Notes: generated from the letters alone by a model not told the origin. DNA of 53,953 nt from a virus (IMGVR_UViG_3300005077_000028:1-53953); one strand, 5' to 3'; positions 10,050-19,860 are shown, counted from the stretch's first letter. A program made the numbers and translations.

Positions 10050-10506
10050 ATAAAAATGTGAATTTTGTAATAAAGTTACATGATAACTGAAACGATATTA
10101 TTAAGTGTTATAAATTAAATAAAGATAAAGTAAATTGGTATTACTTCCTTCTAATTTTATGTTGAAAAATATTTAATTTAATTAATTTTCAATTATTTAA
10201 AATGATAATATATAAAGAAACTAATATTTATAATTTATTTAAATTACATAAAAAGGTTAATGGTGAATATTATGGATTCAGTAAAAACGCTATTCGTATT
10301 CTTGATTGGTATATTACTGTTAAATCTTATGATATTAGATAGTATTACACATTTTGAAATTAACGATATTAATGTAAATTTCTTAATGTAGAATTATGAA
10401 AAAATATATTCATCCTATTTGTAGTTTTGATAGTAAATCAGTTTATATTATTAGATTTTGTGTCATATGTAAAAATAGTTGAATTTGAAAAAATTGGAGA
10501 ATAAAA

Positions 10507-10866
10507 ATGAAAATAAGACAAGGATTTGTAAGTAATAGCTCAAGTTCTTCTTTTATTATTAGAACTAAATTTAAAGGAAAAATTAGATGTTCATTTGAAT
10601 TAGATTTAAATGAATATGCTGAAGAAAAAATTACTACTGAAGAAGAATTATTATACTATTATTGTAAAGATTTAAATGTTTCTGTAAATAAATTATTAGA
10701 AATTTTTAATAAAAATGAAATTTTATATTCTTCATATTCTAGAGATTTAGACGATATAAGAAAAGGAAATATATTATACGTAATTGATGATTCAAAAGCA
10801 GATAATATGCTTTTAACATTTAATACATTTAATGTTACACCATATTTAAATATTAAGGAGATATAA
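10507..10866 (+). CDS. MKIRxGFVSNSSS-motif protein
   Basis: N-terminus MKIRQGFVSNSSSSSFII. Confidence 0.8.
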   Translation: MKIRQGFVSNSSSSSFIIRTKFKGKIRCSFELDLNEYAEEKITTEEELLYYYCKDLNVSVNKLLEIFNKNEILYSSYSRDLDDIRKGNILYVIDDSKADNMLLTFNTFNVTPYLNIKEI

Positions 10867-11081
10867 TGAATTCCAAACTACAAAATTATATTAATAAACA
10901 ATCAATTAAACAAAACAAAAGTCCTAGTAAATTAACAGAACAAGAATTATTAGATTTTATTGATGCATTTAGAAATAAATCTATTGGGTATACTAAACCT
11001 ACTTTAGAAGCAAGAAAACAACATCGTAGAATGAAAAATAAAATTGCTAAAATTTCTAGAAAACAAAATAGGAGTAAATAA
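10866..11081 (+). CDS. small basic protein
   Basis: Translationally coupled; C-terminus RRMKNKIAKISRKQNR. Confidence 0.7.
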   Translation: MNSKLQNYINKQSIKQNKSPSKLTEQELLDFIDAFRNKSIGYTKPTLEARKQHRRMKNKIAKISRKQNRSK

Positions 11082-11194
11082 TGAGTAGTAAAAAGAAGGT
11101 TACGTCAATTGGAAAAGGTACATTTTCCCGACCAAATAGAAAAAAACGAGATAAAAAACGAGGTGTTAAAAAATATAAAGGACAAGGAAAATGA
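11081..11194 (+). CDS. 37-aa basic peptide ending KKYKGQGK (not in ORF track)
   Basis: MSSKKKVTSIGKGTFSRPNRKKRDKKRGVKKYKGQGK; GGAG RBS; TAATG and ATGA coupling on either side; resembles the small KxYRGQG proteins of T4-like phages. Confidence 0.75.
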   Translation: MSSKKKVTSIGKGTFSRPNRKKRDKKRGVKKYKGQGK

Positions 11195-11562
11195 AAATAA
11201 GATATGGATTTGTAAGTAATAGCTCTAGTACATCTTTTATATTAGATAAATCTAATCCTAGAGTTCAAAAGTTATTACAGAAAATTAATGATGTATCTTC
11301 TTTATCAGGATTGAGTAGACGGACTTGTGTTGGAGTAGGGAAAAAAGTTGTAGAATGGGCAAAAATGTTTAATGAAGAATTTGAAGAAGATAGTTCTTAT
11401 TGGAGTACTATATTAGAATTTGCGAAACAAATTGGTGAAAATAATATTGTATATATAAGAGAATCAGATGAGTATATAGGTGGATCATTATTTGATAATT
11501 ATGATAATCCTTTATATCAAGAATTAGATAACTTAGCTTTACATATAGAAGATTATCATTAA
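11191..11562 (+). CDS. MKIRxGFVSNSSS-motif protein
   Basis: N-terminus MKIRYGFVSNSSSTSFIL. Confidence 0.8.
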   Translation: MKIRYGFVSNSSSTSFILDKSNPRVQKLLQKINDVSSLSGLSRRTCVGVGKKVVEWAKMFNEEFEEDSSYWSTILEFAKQIGENNIVYIRESDEYIGGSLFDNYDNPLYQELDNLALHIEDYH

Positions 11563-11565
11563 AAA

Positions 11566-11604
11566 AAATTCAGGCTATTGAAAAACTCCCAATAGCCTGA
11601 ATTT
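11566..11604. terminator. bidirectional terminator between convergent operons
   Basis: 15-bp inverted repeat AAATTCAGGCTATTG / CAATAGCCTGAATTT. Confidence 0.85.
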
Positions 11605-11626
11605 AATTAATTATTTATTAAATCTA

Positions 11627-12868
11627 TCAAGTAGGTAGATTTAAGATTTTTACTACGCGGTAGAAAAGTCCAGATCCAAAGATATGTGAATGAATTCCAT
11701 AGCGGCTCATTAGACCCATAGCAGGTTGCATAGAGTCTTCAAAGGTGATTTTGTTCATCATTAGTTGGATATAAGGTAGATATACAACACCAGTATCTAA
11801 TGGAGAAGGACCTTTGTAACCAATAAGCATTTGGTCATCTGGAGCAAATGTATCACGATATAGCATAAAGCGGCCATCAATAGAACCGATTCTTGCAACA
11901 CCAGTAAGAGCGGTATTAATATCACTTGCTACTGGAGAAATAGTGAAATTGCTTAGAGATTCTAATGCAGCACAAACTGAAGGAGAGGCAACAATCCAGT
12001 TACCTGATCCACGACGGGTGCTAACTGCAATTTTATTGGCTTCACGAACAGCGCGGTTATACATTGCGCGATATTTTTCAGCTTCCCAACGGCCAGTTGA
12101 AGCAGTTGAGGCGTTGAAATCCCAGTTACCTGAAGTAGCAACTGAGCGAATTTGGTCGATTAATTCACGATCAATTTCAGCTGTAATTTCATAGCTTAAA
12201 ATATCCATCATTTCGGATTCAGCATCGATACCGTGCATCGCTTTAAGGTCTTGTTGAAGTTCAACACTCCAGCGAGCTCTTAATTTACGAGTTACTGCTG
12301 ATACAGTAGCTTTTTCGATTGTTAATCCGATTTCTTTAATATGAGTACCAGCCCCAACACCAAGACCAATATCATTACCTACACCAGATCCAACCTTAGA
12401 ACCAAGGGCTTCCCCTGCAGAGGTTGTATGAGAACCAGAATAGTTCTTATCAATTACATTATATCCCAATTCAGCTTCACCTGCAGCGTAACCAACAGTA
12501 GGATTAACTGTAGTATTGGTATAAGCTTGACCGGCTTTATAGCGAAGGGCAAAAGCTACACCTGCAGGACCAGTCATAGGTTGTACACCTACTAGATCGT
12601 GAGCAATAAGCTCAGGGAAAGTTCTACGAACCATAGGAACAGCAATGTTATAAAATACCCCATTGTTGGAAAAATCTGTTCCAGTTGGGTATAATGAATT
12701 TGATGCCCATGAAGTTGCGCCTGAGGCTTCAACAATATACTTTTGTTCATTTTCTAGAACAATAGCGGTCATCTTTTTCATTTTATCATTCAACTTATCA
12801 AATTTGTCATGATCTAATACATCATTCCATTTTTCGACGAGTTGTTTTACATCGACTTTATCAGACAT
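11627..12868 (-). CDS. gp23: major capsid protein, T4 gp23-like
   Basis: VRRTFPELIAHDLVGVQPMTGP, TRKLRARWSVELQQDLKAMHGIDAE, EITAEIDRE, GYKG, GLMSRYG. Confidence 0.97.
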   Translation of the reverse strand: MSDKVDVKQLVEKWNDVLDHDKFDKLNDKMKKMTAIVLENEQKYIVEASGATSWASNSLYPTGTDFSNNGVFYNIAVPMVRRTFPELIAHDLVGVQPMTGPAGVAFALRYKAGQAYTNTTVNPTVGYAAGEAELGYNVIDKNYSGSHTTSAGEALGSKVGSGVGNDIGLGVGAGTHIKEIGLTIEKATVSAVTRKLRARWSVELQQDLKAMHGIDAESEMMDILSYEITAEIDRELIDQIRSVATSGNWDFNASTASTGRWEAEKYRAMYNRAVREANKIAVSTRRGSGNWIVASPSVCAALESLSNFTISPVASDINTALTGVARIGSIDGRFMLYRDTFAPDDQMLIGYKGPSPLDTGVVYLPYIQLMMNKITFEDSMQPAMGLMSRYGIHSHIFGSGLFYRVVKILNLPT

Positions 12869-12901
12869 TATAATATTTCCTCCTTTATAAATTAAAACTT
12901 A

Positions 12902-13735
12902 TTAACCATTTAATACGCCGACATAACGTCCAAGCATTGTTTTAAATGGATCTTGATTTTCTTTAATATCTTCTTTCTTTTCTTCTTTCTTTTCTTCTTT
13001 CTTTTCTTCTTTCATATCTGTCATTTTAGCTTCGCATTTTGGACAAGAAGTTAATGAGCATTTTTCATTAGAAGATGTTTCTACCCCACATTCAGGACAT
13101 ACACATTTATATTCATCTACTTGTTCATTAACTTTGGTGACTTCCACTAAATTACTAAATTTCTTATCAATAATTTTAGTATCAATTTCGCCTTCTAAAA
13201 TTGACATAATCTTTTTCTTTTGTGTTTCAGGTAGGCCGTCACATTTCTCACGAATATATAACTGGCTTTTGGCTTCCTGTAATTCTTTTTGTAATTCTAG
13301 TTTACTTGTAGATAATGTATTAATTTCCTGATCTTTTTCTAAAATTTCTTCTTTTGCACTTTCTAGAGTTTCTTTAATAGTTTCATCTAAAGTTCCTTCA
13401 TCAATTGATAAACGAATTTTAAATTGTTCAATTAAATCCCCATAAAGTTTTCCATTTTTTGCATACTCTACGAATTCCTCAGGAATTTTTAATTCCTCTT
13501 CAAGAATGCCATCAACGAAATTAGAAAATTTAGAAATAATATCAGTTTTATATTCTTCAAACTTTGTATCATATTTCTCTTCTAATTGTTCCTTTTCAGT
13601 AGCCATTTTTTCTTCAACTTTATCATGAACTTTTGATTCAATTAAAGCCTCAAGTTTTTCAGCTACAGCACTCTTATCGGATTCCTCGAGTTTGTCTATC
13701 CCTAATAATGATAGTACCTCTTGAAGTAAATCCAT
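12902..13735 (-). CDS. gp22: prohead scaffold/core protein, gp22-like
   Basis: Acidic coiled coil between the protease and capsid genes. Confidence 0.85.
   Translation of the reverse strand: MDLLQEVLSLLGIDKLEESDKSAVAEKLEALIESKVHDKVEEKMATEKEQLEEKYDTKFEEYKTDIISKFSNFVDGILEEELKIPEEFVEYAKNGKLYGDLIEQFKIRLSIDEGTLDETIKETLESAKEEILEKDQEINTLSTSKLELQKELQEAKSQLYIREKCDGLPETQKKKIMSILEGEIDTKIIDKKFSNLVEVTKVNEQVDEYKCVCPECGVETSSNEKCSLTSCPKCEAKMTDMKEEKKEEKKEEKKEDIKENQDPFKTMLGRYVGVLNG
12971..13012 (-). repeat. 12-bp tandem repeat (GAAGAAAAGAAA x3, EEKK) in the scaffold gene
   Basis: Directly visible; encodes KEEKKEEKKEEKKE. Confidence 0.85.
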
Positions 13736-13779
13736 ACCTTTTATCCTCCTTACAAAAAAATTTTATTGTATTCTATAAT

Positions 13780-13787
13780 TATTTATA
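13780..13787 (-). promoter_or_regulatory. T4-type late promoter
   Basis: TATAAATA upstream of the scaffold gene RBS. Confidence 0.55.
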
Positions 13788-13874
13788 ATAGAATATAATA
13801 GATACCTAAATATATAAAAAATTTAAGTATCTATTATAAATTTTCTAAATTAAAAATTTTAAATTTGTTTATCT

Positions 13875-14531
13875 TTATTTAATATTTTTTCTAATCATTC
13901 CTGATATAATTTTATGTTCTTCTTTTAAACCTTCTTTTAATGTATAATCTAATGCTTCCCATAAATTATTATATTTTTCTAAAATTATATCTAACTGTGT
14001 CTTTTGATTTTCTTTTTTCTCTACTATATCCCATTCTTTACCTTCATAAATACCATTAATCCATGATGATTTATTACTAGGAGTACCGACCAAATCCCAT
14101 GTTACTAATTTAAAGTCTTCATTAACTTCTTTAGTATTTTCATTAATAGATCCTAATCCTCTAGAAGAAATACCGATTTTTCCTTTTTCTACTAAAGCTT
14201 TAGCAATTTTACCACATGGCGTATCTTCTACTATTTCTGCTTTACCATACACATTATTTTGTTTCCATGATAAATCAGTAATTAAAATTGCAACTCTATC
14301 TAAATTTAAATCAGGAGATGGTGGGTGTCCAAGTTCACCCCAACAACATTTATTATTTACTTGCTCATTAATTTTTTCAACTTCTCTTTCTAAAATAGAT
14401 TTTGGATATTTTCTACCATTAGCAACCATAATATCTGCTGATGAAAATATCCCAGCAATAAATTTAATGTCTTTATTTTTACTTTCATATATTTCTACAT
14501 TATATGAAGCTTCTGTTATTAATTTAGCCAT
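13875..14531 (-). CDS. gp21: prohead protease, gp21-like
   Basis: NGRKYP, WGELGHP, TPCGKI, GISSRGLGS, WDLVGTPS. Confidence 0.95.
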   Translation of the reverse strand: MAKLITEASYNVEIYESKNKDIKFIAGIFSSADIMVANGRKYPKSILEREVEKINEQVNNKCCWGELGHPPSPDLNLDRVAILITDLSWKQNNVYGKAEIVEDTPCGKIAKALVEKGKIGISSRGLGSINENTKEVNEDFKLVTWDLVGTPSNKSSWINGIYEGKEWDIVEKKENQKTQLDIILEKYNNLWEALDYTLKEGLKEEHKIISGMIRKNIK

Positions 14532-14564
14532 TATTACCTCTCATAAATAATTTTTATATATAAT

Positions 14565-14572
14565 TATTTATA
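14565..14572 (-). promoter_or_regulatory. T4-type late promoter
   Basis: TATAAATA upstream of gp21. Confidence 0.55.
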
Positions 14573-14593
14573 TTATTCTTTATTTGATTTATC

Positions 14594-14764
14594 TTAATCA
14601 TAACCTTCTTCTGAATCCTCATCATCTTCATCAGAAATTTTAGAATTAAGAAATTCATCTCTAGCTTTATCAATTTCACCTTTTAAAATTTTTTTTGCAT
14701 TTACATGATCATCATTAACAAAATTATTAAATGCATCTTTAACTTTTTCTGTATCAATCGGCAT
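14594..14764 (-). CDS. small acidic prohead core protein (gp67-like position)
   Basis: Short acidic ORF (start MPIDTEK) between portal and protease, with GGAGG RBS. Confidence 0.6.
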   Translation of the reverse strand: MPIDTEKVKDAFNNFVNDDHVNAKKILKGEIDKARDEFLNSKISDEDDEDSEEGYD

Positions 14765-14879
14765 ATATTTTCCTCCATTATACAATATTAATTATATTGT
14801 CATATTAATCAGATTCTTCTTCACCATTTTTTGGCTCTTCTTCTTGTGAAGGGGGTTCTTTACCAATCGAACCCTCATA

Positions 14880-16445
14880 TCAATAACCATCTGTTTCTTC
14901 TTTAGGTAAATATTTATCCTTAAAAGCTTTATCTTTTAAAAATCCTTTCCAATTCTCTTCAATATCTTTATCAGACATTTCTAAGAAAGTTTTTTGTAAA
15001 TAATATTTACTAAAGTTTTCATCCATTGATAATGTTTGATAGTTTTGAAATTGTGTTTCTTGTGTTTTTTGATGTATTTGTGTTTTATAATTATTAGGAG
15101 TTTGTAAATAAACCATTATATTAGTTCTATTTAACCCATATTGTTGTTTTAAACCTTTAAATTCTAAATGTAATAAAAATAAATCTGTCATTTCTTTTTC
15201 AAATTTATTATTTTGTCGTTCTAAAAATTTTGCCCATTTAATTTCATCTCGTGAAATTTCACCGAAAGTTTGACCCCCAAATATAACTTCACTATCTCTA
15301 CCTTCATGTCTAGCAGAAATTCTAGATATTGGATATTTTAATGCACGATATAATTTCTTTTGGAAATAATAAATATCATCTAATTCAGTAAAACCTGCTG
15401 AATTTCCACCAATCGTTTCAATACTTGATCCACGGCCATCTGAATTAACTGGCATAAAATAGTTATCTAATACAGATATTGCTTCAGGTTCATTAGATAA
15501 TCTTCCAGTAGTAGGATCAAAGGTTTGTTTTTTAGACATTTTAGCTTTAACTTTTTCAACAAAAGCCATTGCTCTATCTAATGGCATTTGACCAGTATCT
15601 ATTCTAAATACAAATCTCTCAGGAGATCTAACTAACCGATATATAATTACAGATGTTTCTAATAATTTTAATTGATTATATGCTACTCTAGCTTTTTCTA
15701 AATATCCTAATATATCTTTTTTACTTATCCCATATAATCCGTAATTAATAAACCCAACTTGTTCTGGTAAAAAAACAATAATATTATTATCTTTTCTAGC
15801 TTCTTCTAATGTTAAATTAGGTTTTAAATTTTTAGGATTTAGTGATTGTATATATGCAATAATTTTATTACTTTTAGGATCTATTATATAATCCATCGTT
15901 TCAGATGGTAATTTTTTTAATGCAACAATTCCATCTTTAGGTTTAGATGTATTAATAATTCTTTCATAAAATACTTTACCATCTACATAATATGAATAAA
16001 ATAAATCCCATATCATTTTATTAATATTTAATGTATCATAAAAGAATTTTTCAAATTCATCATTCAATGTATTAATCGTATTTTGATTTTTAATTAACTC
16101 AGGATCAATTATTTCAAATTCTAAAGTTTTTCCGTCTTCATTTTCTTCTAAGGATTCATTTACTGCATCTTCTATAACATCAGCAATTTCAGGTAATTGT
16201 GCCATTTTACGATATTCATTTAATCTATTAATATTATTAGTAATAATCGTATTTAAAAATTGATTATAAAAATTATTAATACCTGAAACACCGAATTGAC
16301 TATACCCAGATACAGAAAAATCTTCAATACCTTCACCAGAACTTTTTTCAATAACCGATTTATTAGGTATAATTTCACCTTTATTTTCAAATTGTTTTAA
16401 TTCTTCATCTAATTTTTTTTGTCTAAAGAAATCTAGAAATGACAT
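14880..16445 (-). CDS. gp20: portal protein, gp20-like
   Basis: YYVDGK, GYLEKA, NQLKLLETSVIIYRLVRSPERFVFRIDTG, DIYYFQKKLYRALKYPISR, ISRDEIK. Confidence 0.96.
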   Translation of the reverse strand: MSFLDFFRQKKLDEELKQFENKGEIIPNKSVIEKSSGEGIEDFSVSGYSQFGVSGINNFYNQFLNTIITNNINRLNEYRKMAQLPEIADVIEDAVNESLEENEDGKTLEFEIIDPELIKNQNTINTLNDEFEKFFYDTLNINKMIWDLFYSYYVDGKVFYERIINTSKPKDGIVALKKLPSETMDYIIDPKSNKIIAYIQSLNPKNLKPNLTLEEARKDNNIIVFLPEQVGFINYGLYGISKKDILGYLEKARVAYNQLKLLETSVIIYRLVRSPERFVFRIDTGQMPLDRAMAFVEKVKAKMSKKQTFDPTTGRLSNEPEAISVLDNYFMPVNSDGRGSSIETIGGNSAGFTELDDIYYFQKKLYRALKYPISRISARHEGRDSEVIFGGQTFGEISRDEIKWAKFLERQNNKFEKEMTDLFLLHLEFKGLKQQYGLNRTNIMVYLQTPNNYKTQIHQKTQETQFQNYQTLSMDENFSKYYLQKTFLEMSDKDIEENWKGFLKDKAFKDKYLPKEETDGY

Positions 16446-16456
16446 TTATTTTTCCT

Positions 16457-17434
16457 TTATGATACATATACTATTGTATTATCATAGCCATAATAAGCAC
16501 TTCCTGCACTATTATTATAACTTGTATTTTTTGTTAATGAATCAGTTTGTATTGTTCCTTTTACTGAGAAAATTTTTAATGATCCTGCATTACTATATTG
16601 AAAAGATCCTCCTCTAGTATCTATAACACCTGTTAAATTAATTGCCCACGGTCCAGTACAATCTAATAATACTCCACCTCCAGCTCCAGCTCCACCTTGG
16701 GTTCCACCTGTTCCACCGGAACCAGATCCGCCACAATCATTTGAAGATCCTGTTGTATAATTTGTTAATCCAGCTTGGCCATTAGTTATTAAAGATCCAG
16801 CAATATTAATATATGAACTAGCAATTAACCAAATATAAGATCCTCCGGCTCCACCAGCCGCTCCATATCCTCCATAACAAGGGCCAATTTGACCTGAAGA
16901 AGGAGTACCGCATCCTGCTCCATAACATGATGAACAATAACATCCTCCACCTCCACCTGCTCCACCCCCACCAGAACCAGCAGAAATAGATTTATCCGTT
17001 GTATTATCTCCATTAGATGAAGACCCTAAATATCCTCCATCAGAACCCCAAGAACCATTTCCACCATCTACTCCAGCATATGATCTATTTCCACCTGCCC
17101 CACCAGATCCTCCGTAAGTTCCATATCCTGTTCCTCCGGCATATCCAAAAACACCCCATCCAGTAACTGCAGGACAATCTGCCCCAACAGAACAATACCA
17201 AAATCCAGGTTCTCCTCTAGATCCTCCTGAATTTCCTACTGCAGATCCATCAATACTTCCTTGAATATTTATTCCAGCAGCAGAAACCTTTAAATTATTA
17301 GATAATGTTGCAGTAATACCTGTATTTACAGTAAAAACTCCAACATTATAATGGTATCCTGCTATTGTAGTTGGAGAACTAATAGTCCAATCTGAACCCT
17401 CATGATCTCCTCCACCTGTAGCTGTCCATGCCAT
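16457..17434 (-). CDS. glycine-rich tail-fibre/adhesin-like protein
   Basis: Many GGxGG runs separated by variable Cys/Tyr/Trp loops. Confidence 0.65.
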   Translation of the reverse strand: MAWTATGGGDHEGSDWTISSPTTIAGYHYNVGVFTVNTGITATLSNNLKVSAAGINIQGSIDGSAVGNSGGSRGEPGFWYCSVGADCPAVTGWGVFGYAGGTGYGTYGGSGGAGGNRSYAGVDGGNGSWGSDGGYLGSSSNGDNTTDKSISAGSGGGGAGGGGGCYCSSCYGAGCGTPSSGQIGPCYGGYGAAGGAGGSYIWLIASSYINIAGSLITNGQAGLTNYTTGSSNDCGGSGSGGTGGTQGGAGAGGGVLLDCTGPWAINLTGVIDTRGGSFQYSNAGSLKIFSVKGTIQTDSLTKNTSYNNSAGSAYYGYDNTIVYVS

Positions 17435-17444
17435 ATTTTATCTC

Positions 17445-17747
17445 CTAATTATAAGCCCTCAATAATTTACTAATTTCATCATCATCTATTTTTTTAGGTA
17501 AATCTTCAATATTAATTTCTTTATTACAATAAGATTTTTTAAAATAATTTACATCTAAATGTTTACTAGTTTCTTCAAATATATATTCATTAATTAATCT
17601 ATTTAAAGCAATAAATATTTCAATTTCACTAACAGTTTTTCGAAAATGAAGACTTTTTTCTATTTTTTGATTATTAAATGTAAAATAAAAATTTACATCG
17701 ATTCCTTTATTAATATTATTTATATTAGTTATACAAAATTTATTCAC
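17445..17747 (-). CDS. hypothetical protein
   Basis: ORF in late cluster with RBS. Confidence 0.55.
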   Translation of the reverse strand: MNKFCITNINNINKGIDVNFYFTFNNQKIEKSLHFRKTVSEIEIFIALNRLINEYIFEETSKHLDVNYFKKSYCNKEINIEDLPKKIDDDEISKLLRAYN

Positions 17748-17763
17748 GATTTTTTATTTCTCC

Positions 17764-18567
17764 TTATACTAATGCTAACATTAAATCTTGTGCACTCCCG
17801 GCAGCAGTAACATTTAAATTATAAAAATCTGTTTTTGTATAAGTTTTGGCTGATGAATCTAAAGTTGTAGTTGATGCATAATAATTTCCTGATGTAATAG
17901 TTAATGTACATAATGGTGTTCCTGTATCGTTTTTAGTAATTGTTACTGTACAATCACTTGAAGGTGCAGTACCAACTCTAATTACTGCTTCTGTTAATGT
18001 ACCAGATGTTCCAGTTAAAATTCTAAATACATCATTTTGAGTAGTTACTAATCCTTTTAATAATGCTCTCATACCACCAGTAGTAGTCATTCCTTGAATA
18101 TCATTATCTAATTCTGCAATAGCACTTTGAACATTAGTAGATGAAATTGTTCCAGTAGGAGAAAATGTAATATTAGTAGCTGTTAATGACAAACTATCTA
18201 ATGTATTATCAATTTCATCTAAAGCATCTTGTATATTTGTAGCAGTTAATCCTGATATACTATTATCATATGAAATTCCATCCGCATTTGATAATTCATC
18301 TAATGCAGTTTTTACATTAATAGCAGTTAATCCTGATATACTATTATCATATGAAATAGCAGTAGCTGCATGCGCCCCAATCGCATCACTAATATGATCT
18401 GTTAAATCACTATATTTAGCTAATTTAACCCATGATGTTCCATTATCAAAATATGGATATTTCTCTGAACTATTATAAAATAATCTTGCTTCTGTCCCTG
18501 CAGCAGGGTTATTTGTACCTCGAGGTAAAATAAAATTACCTCGCATATCAACTCCATGGAATTTCAT
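17764..18567 (-). CDS. virion structural/fibre protein with internal repeats (probable start MRGN or MKFHG)
   Basis: Repeats ISYDNSISGLTAxNVxxALDE; Thr/Ser-rich beta C-terminal domain. Confidence 0.7.
   Translation of the reverse strand: MKFHGVDMRGNFILPRGTNNPAAGTEARLFYNSSEKYPYFDNGTSWVKLAKYSDLTDHISDAIGAHAATAISYDNSISGLTAINVKTALDELSNADGISYDNSISGLTATNIQDALDEIDNTLDSLSLTATNITFSPTGTISSTNVQSAIAELDNDIQGMTTTGGMRALLKGLVTTQNDVFRILTGTSGTLTEAVIRVGTAPSSDCTVTITKNDTGTPLCTLTITSGNYYASTTTLDSSAKTYTKTDFYNLNVTAAGSAQDLMLALV
18240..18357. repeat. identical 37-bp direct repeat within the fibre gene (18240-18276 and 18321-18357)
   Basis: TAGCAGTTAATCCTGATATACTATTATCATATGAAAT occurs twice. Confidence 0.85.
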
Positions 18568-18706
18568 TATTTTTCTCCTAAATATTATTTGATATTTAAT
18601 AAATTGTTAGGTAGACTGGTCTGTAGTTACTCTTATAGATTATTGAGCACTCGAGTATATGAACCCGTCAGATACCAAATCTTTATTTATATCTTTATAT
18701 TATTAT

Positions 18707-19198
18707 TTATATTCTTTCATCAACTAATCCATGTTCCATTAACATAGATAATTGATTTCCAGTAATTAAATTTGATCCTAAATCTGTTAACATAATCTTC
18801 TCTAAATTTAATTCAACTTCCGATTCTAAAAACCTATTCAACTCTTTTTGACTCTCAATATATATATCAATTTCATTTTTATATTCTTTCTTTAATTCTT
18901 CTATCTCTTTATTAACAACTTTTGAATTTTCTTTAGATAAAGAATACATATTATCAACTATAATAGGATTCCCATTATCATCTTTATCACAATATTTCTC
19001 ATTTAATTTAACTCTTTTTTCATCATATTCTAAAAATCTAGGAGATACAGATAATTTAGATACTTCTTGAAGAGATTCAATTTCAGATTTCAATATTTGT
19101 TTATTTTTAGCAATAAAATATATAAATTTAATTGACCCTTTTGTATCACCTAATGAATTAAATAATGACCACAACTTCATCACATCACTTTTTTTCAT
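18707..19198 (-). CDS. hypothetical protein
   Basis: ORF with GGAGG RBS. Confidence 0.7.
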   Translation of the reverse strand: MKKSDVMKLWSLFNSLGDTKGSIKFIYFIAKNKQILKSEIESLQEVSKLSVSPRFLEYDEKRVKLNEKYCDKDDNGNPIIVDNMYSLSKENSKVVNKEIEELKKEYKNEIDIYIESQKELNRFLESEVELNLEKIMLTDLGSNLITGNQLSMLMEHGLVDERI

Positions 19199-19215
19199 TT
19201 AACCCTCCATTTTTT

Positions 19216-19860
19216 TTATTTATAAAAAAACTTTACAAACTCTATAATTTTATCAAAATATAATATAAATGATGTTATTACACCTACAACCCAAATAAAA
19301 ATCTTTTTTCTAGGAGTCCACCATTCATATCTTTTTTTAGCCCTTCTAGCAAATTCTGCGATATATTGAAAATCATCTATTGTAACTCTATTATTTTGAT
19401 ACCTTATATTCAAAGTATTCGATATTTCATCAATCATATTAACAAATTTATTAATATTATTTATATTTTTACCAATATTTATATCATTCAAATTAGCTTT
19501 TATTTTTTTTATATCATCAAAATGCTCAAAATATTTTAATTTTTCTATATTAGATGCAAAACTTTTTAAATGATTTATATTATTTATTAATGTTTCTAAA
19601 TCTTTTTTAAATGTTTGTTTTTCAATATTTATATTATTTAAATGTTCATGTAATTCACTAGATATATGTTGAATATTTACTTTAATATTTTCAATTTCTT
19701 TCAATAAATCTTTATGATCTCTATTATCTGGTAATTCTTCTACTATCTTATGAAGATTTTGTAACAATGATGCTAAACTAGATTGTACATTAGCAATTTC
19801 TCTAAGATAAATTGTATTTTCAGTTACAAAGTTTTGATTTTCAGAACTCATTATATGCAA
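19216..19860 (-). CDS. coiled-coil protein with single C-terminal transmembrane helix
   Basis: RKKIFIWVVGVITSFILYF near the C-terminus. Confidence 0.7.
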   Translation of the reverse strand: MHIMSSENQNFVTENTIYLREIANVQSSLASLLQNLHKIVEELPDNRDHKDLLKEIENIKVNIQHISSELHEHLNNINIEKQTFKKDLETLINNINHLKSFASNIEKLKYFEHFDDIKKIKANLNDINIGKNINNINKFVNMIDEISNTLNIRYQNNRVTIDDFQYIAEFARRAKKRYEWWTPRKKIFIWVVGVITSFILYFDKIIEFVKFFYK

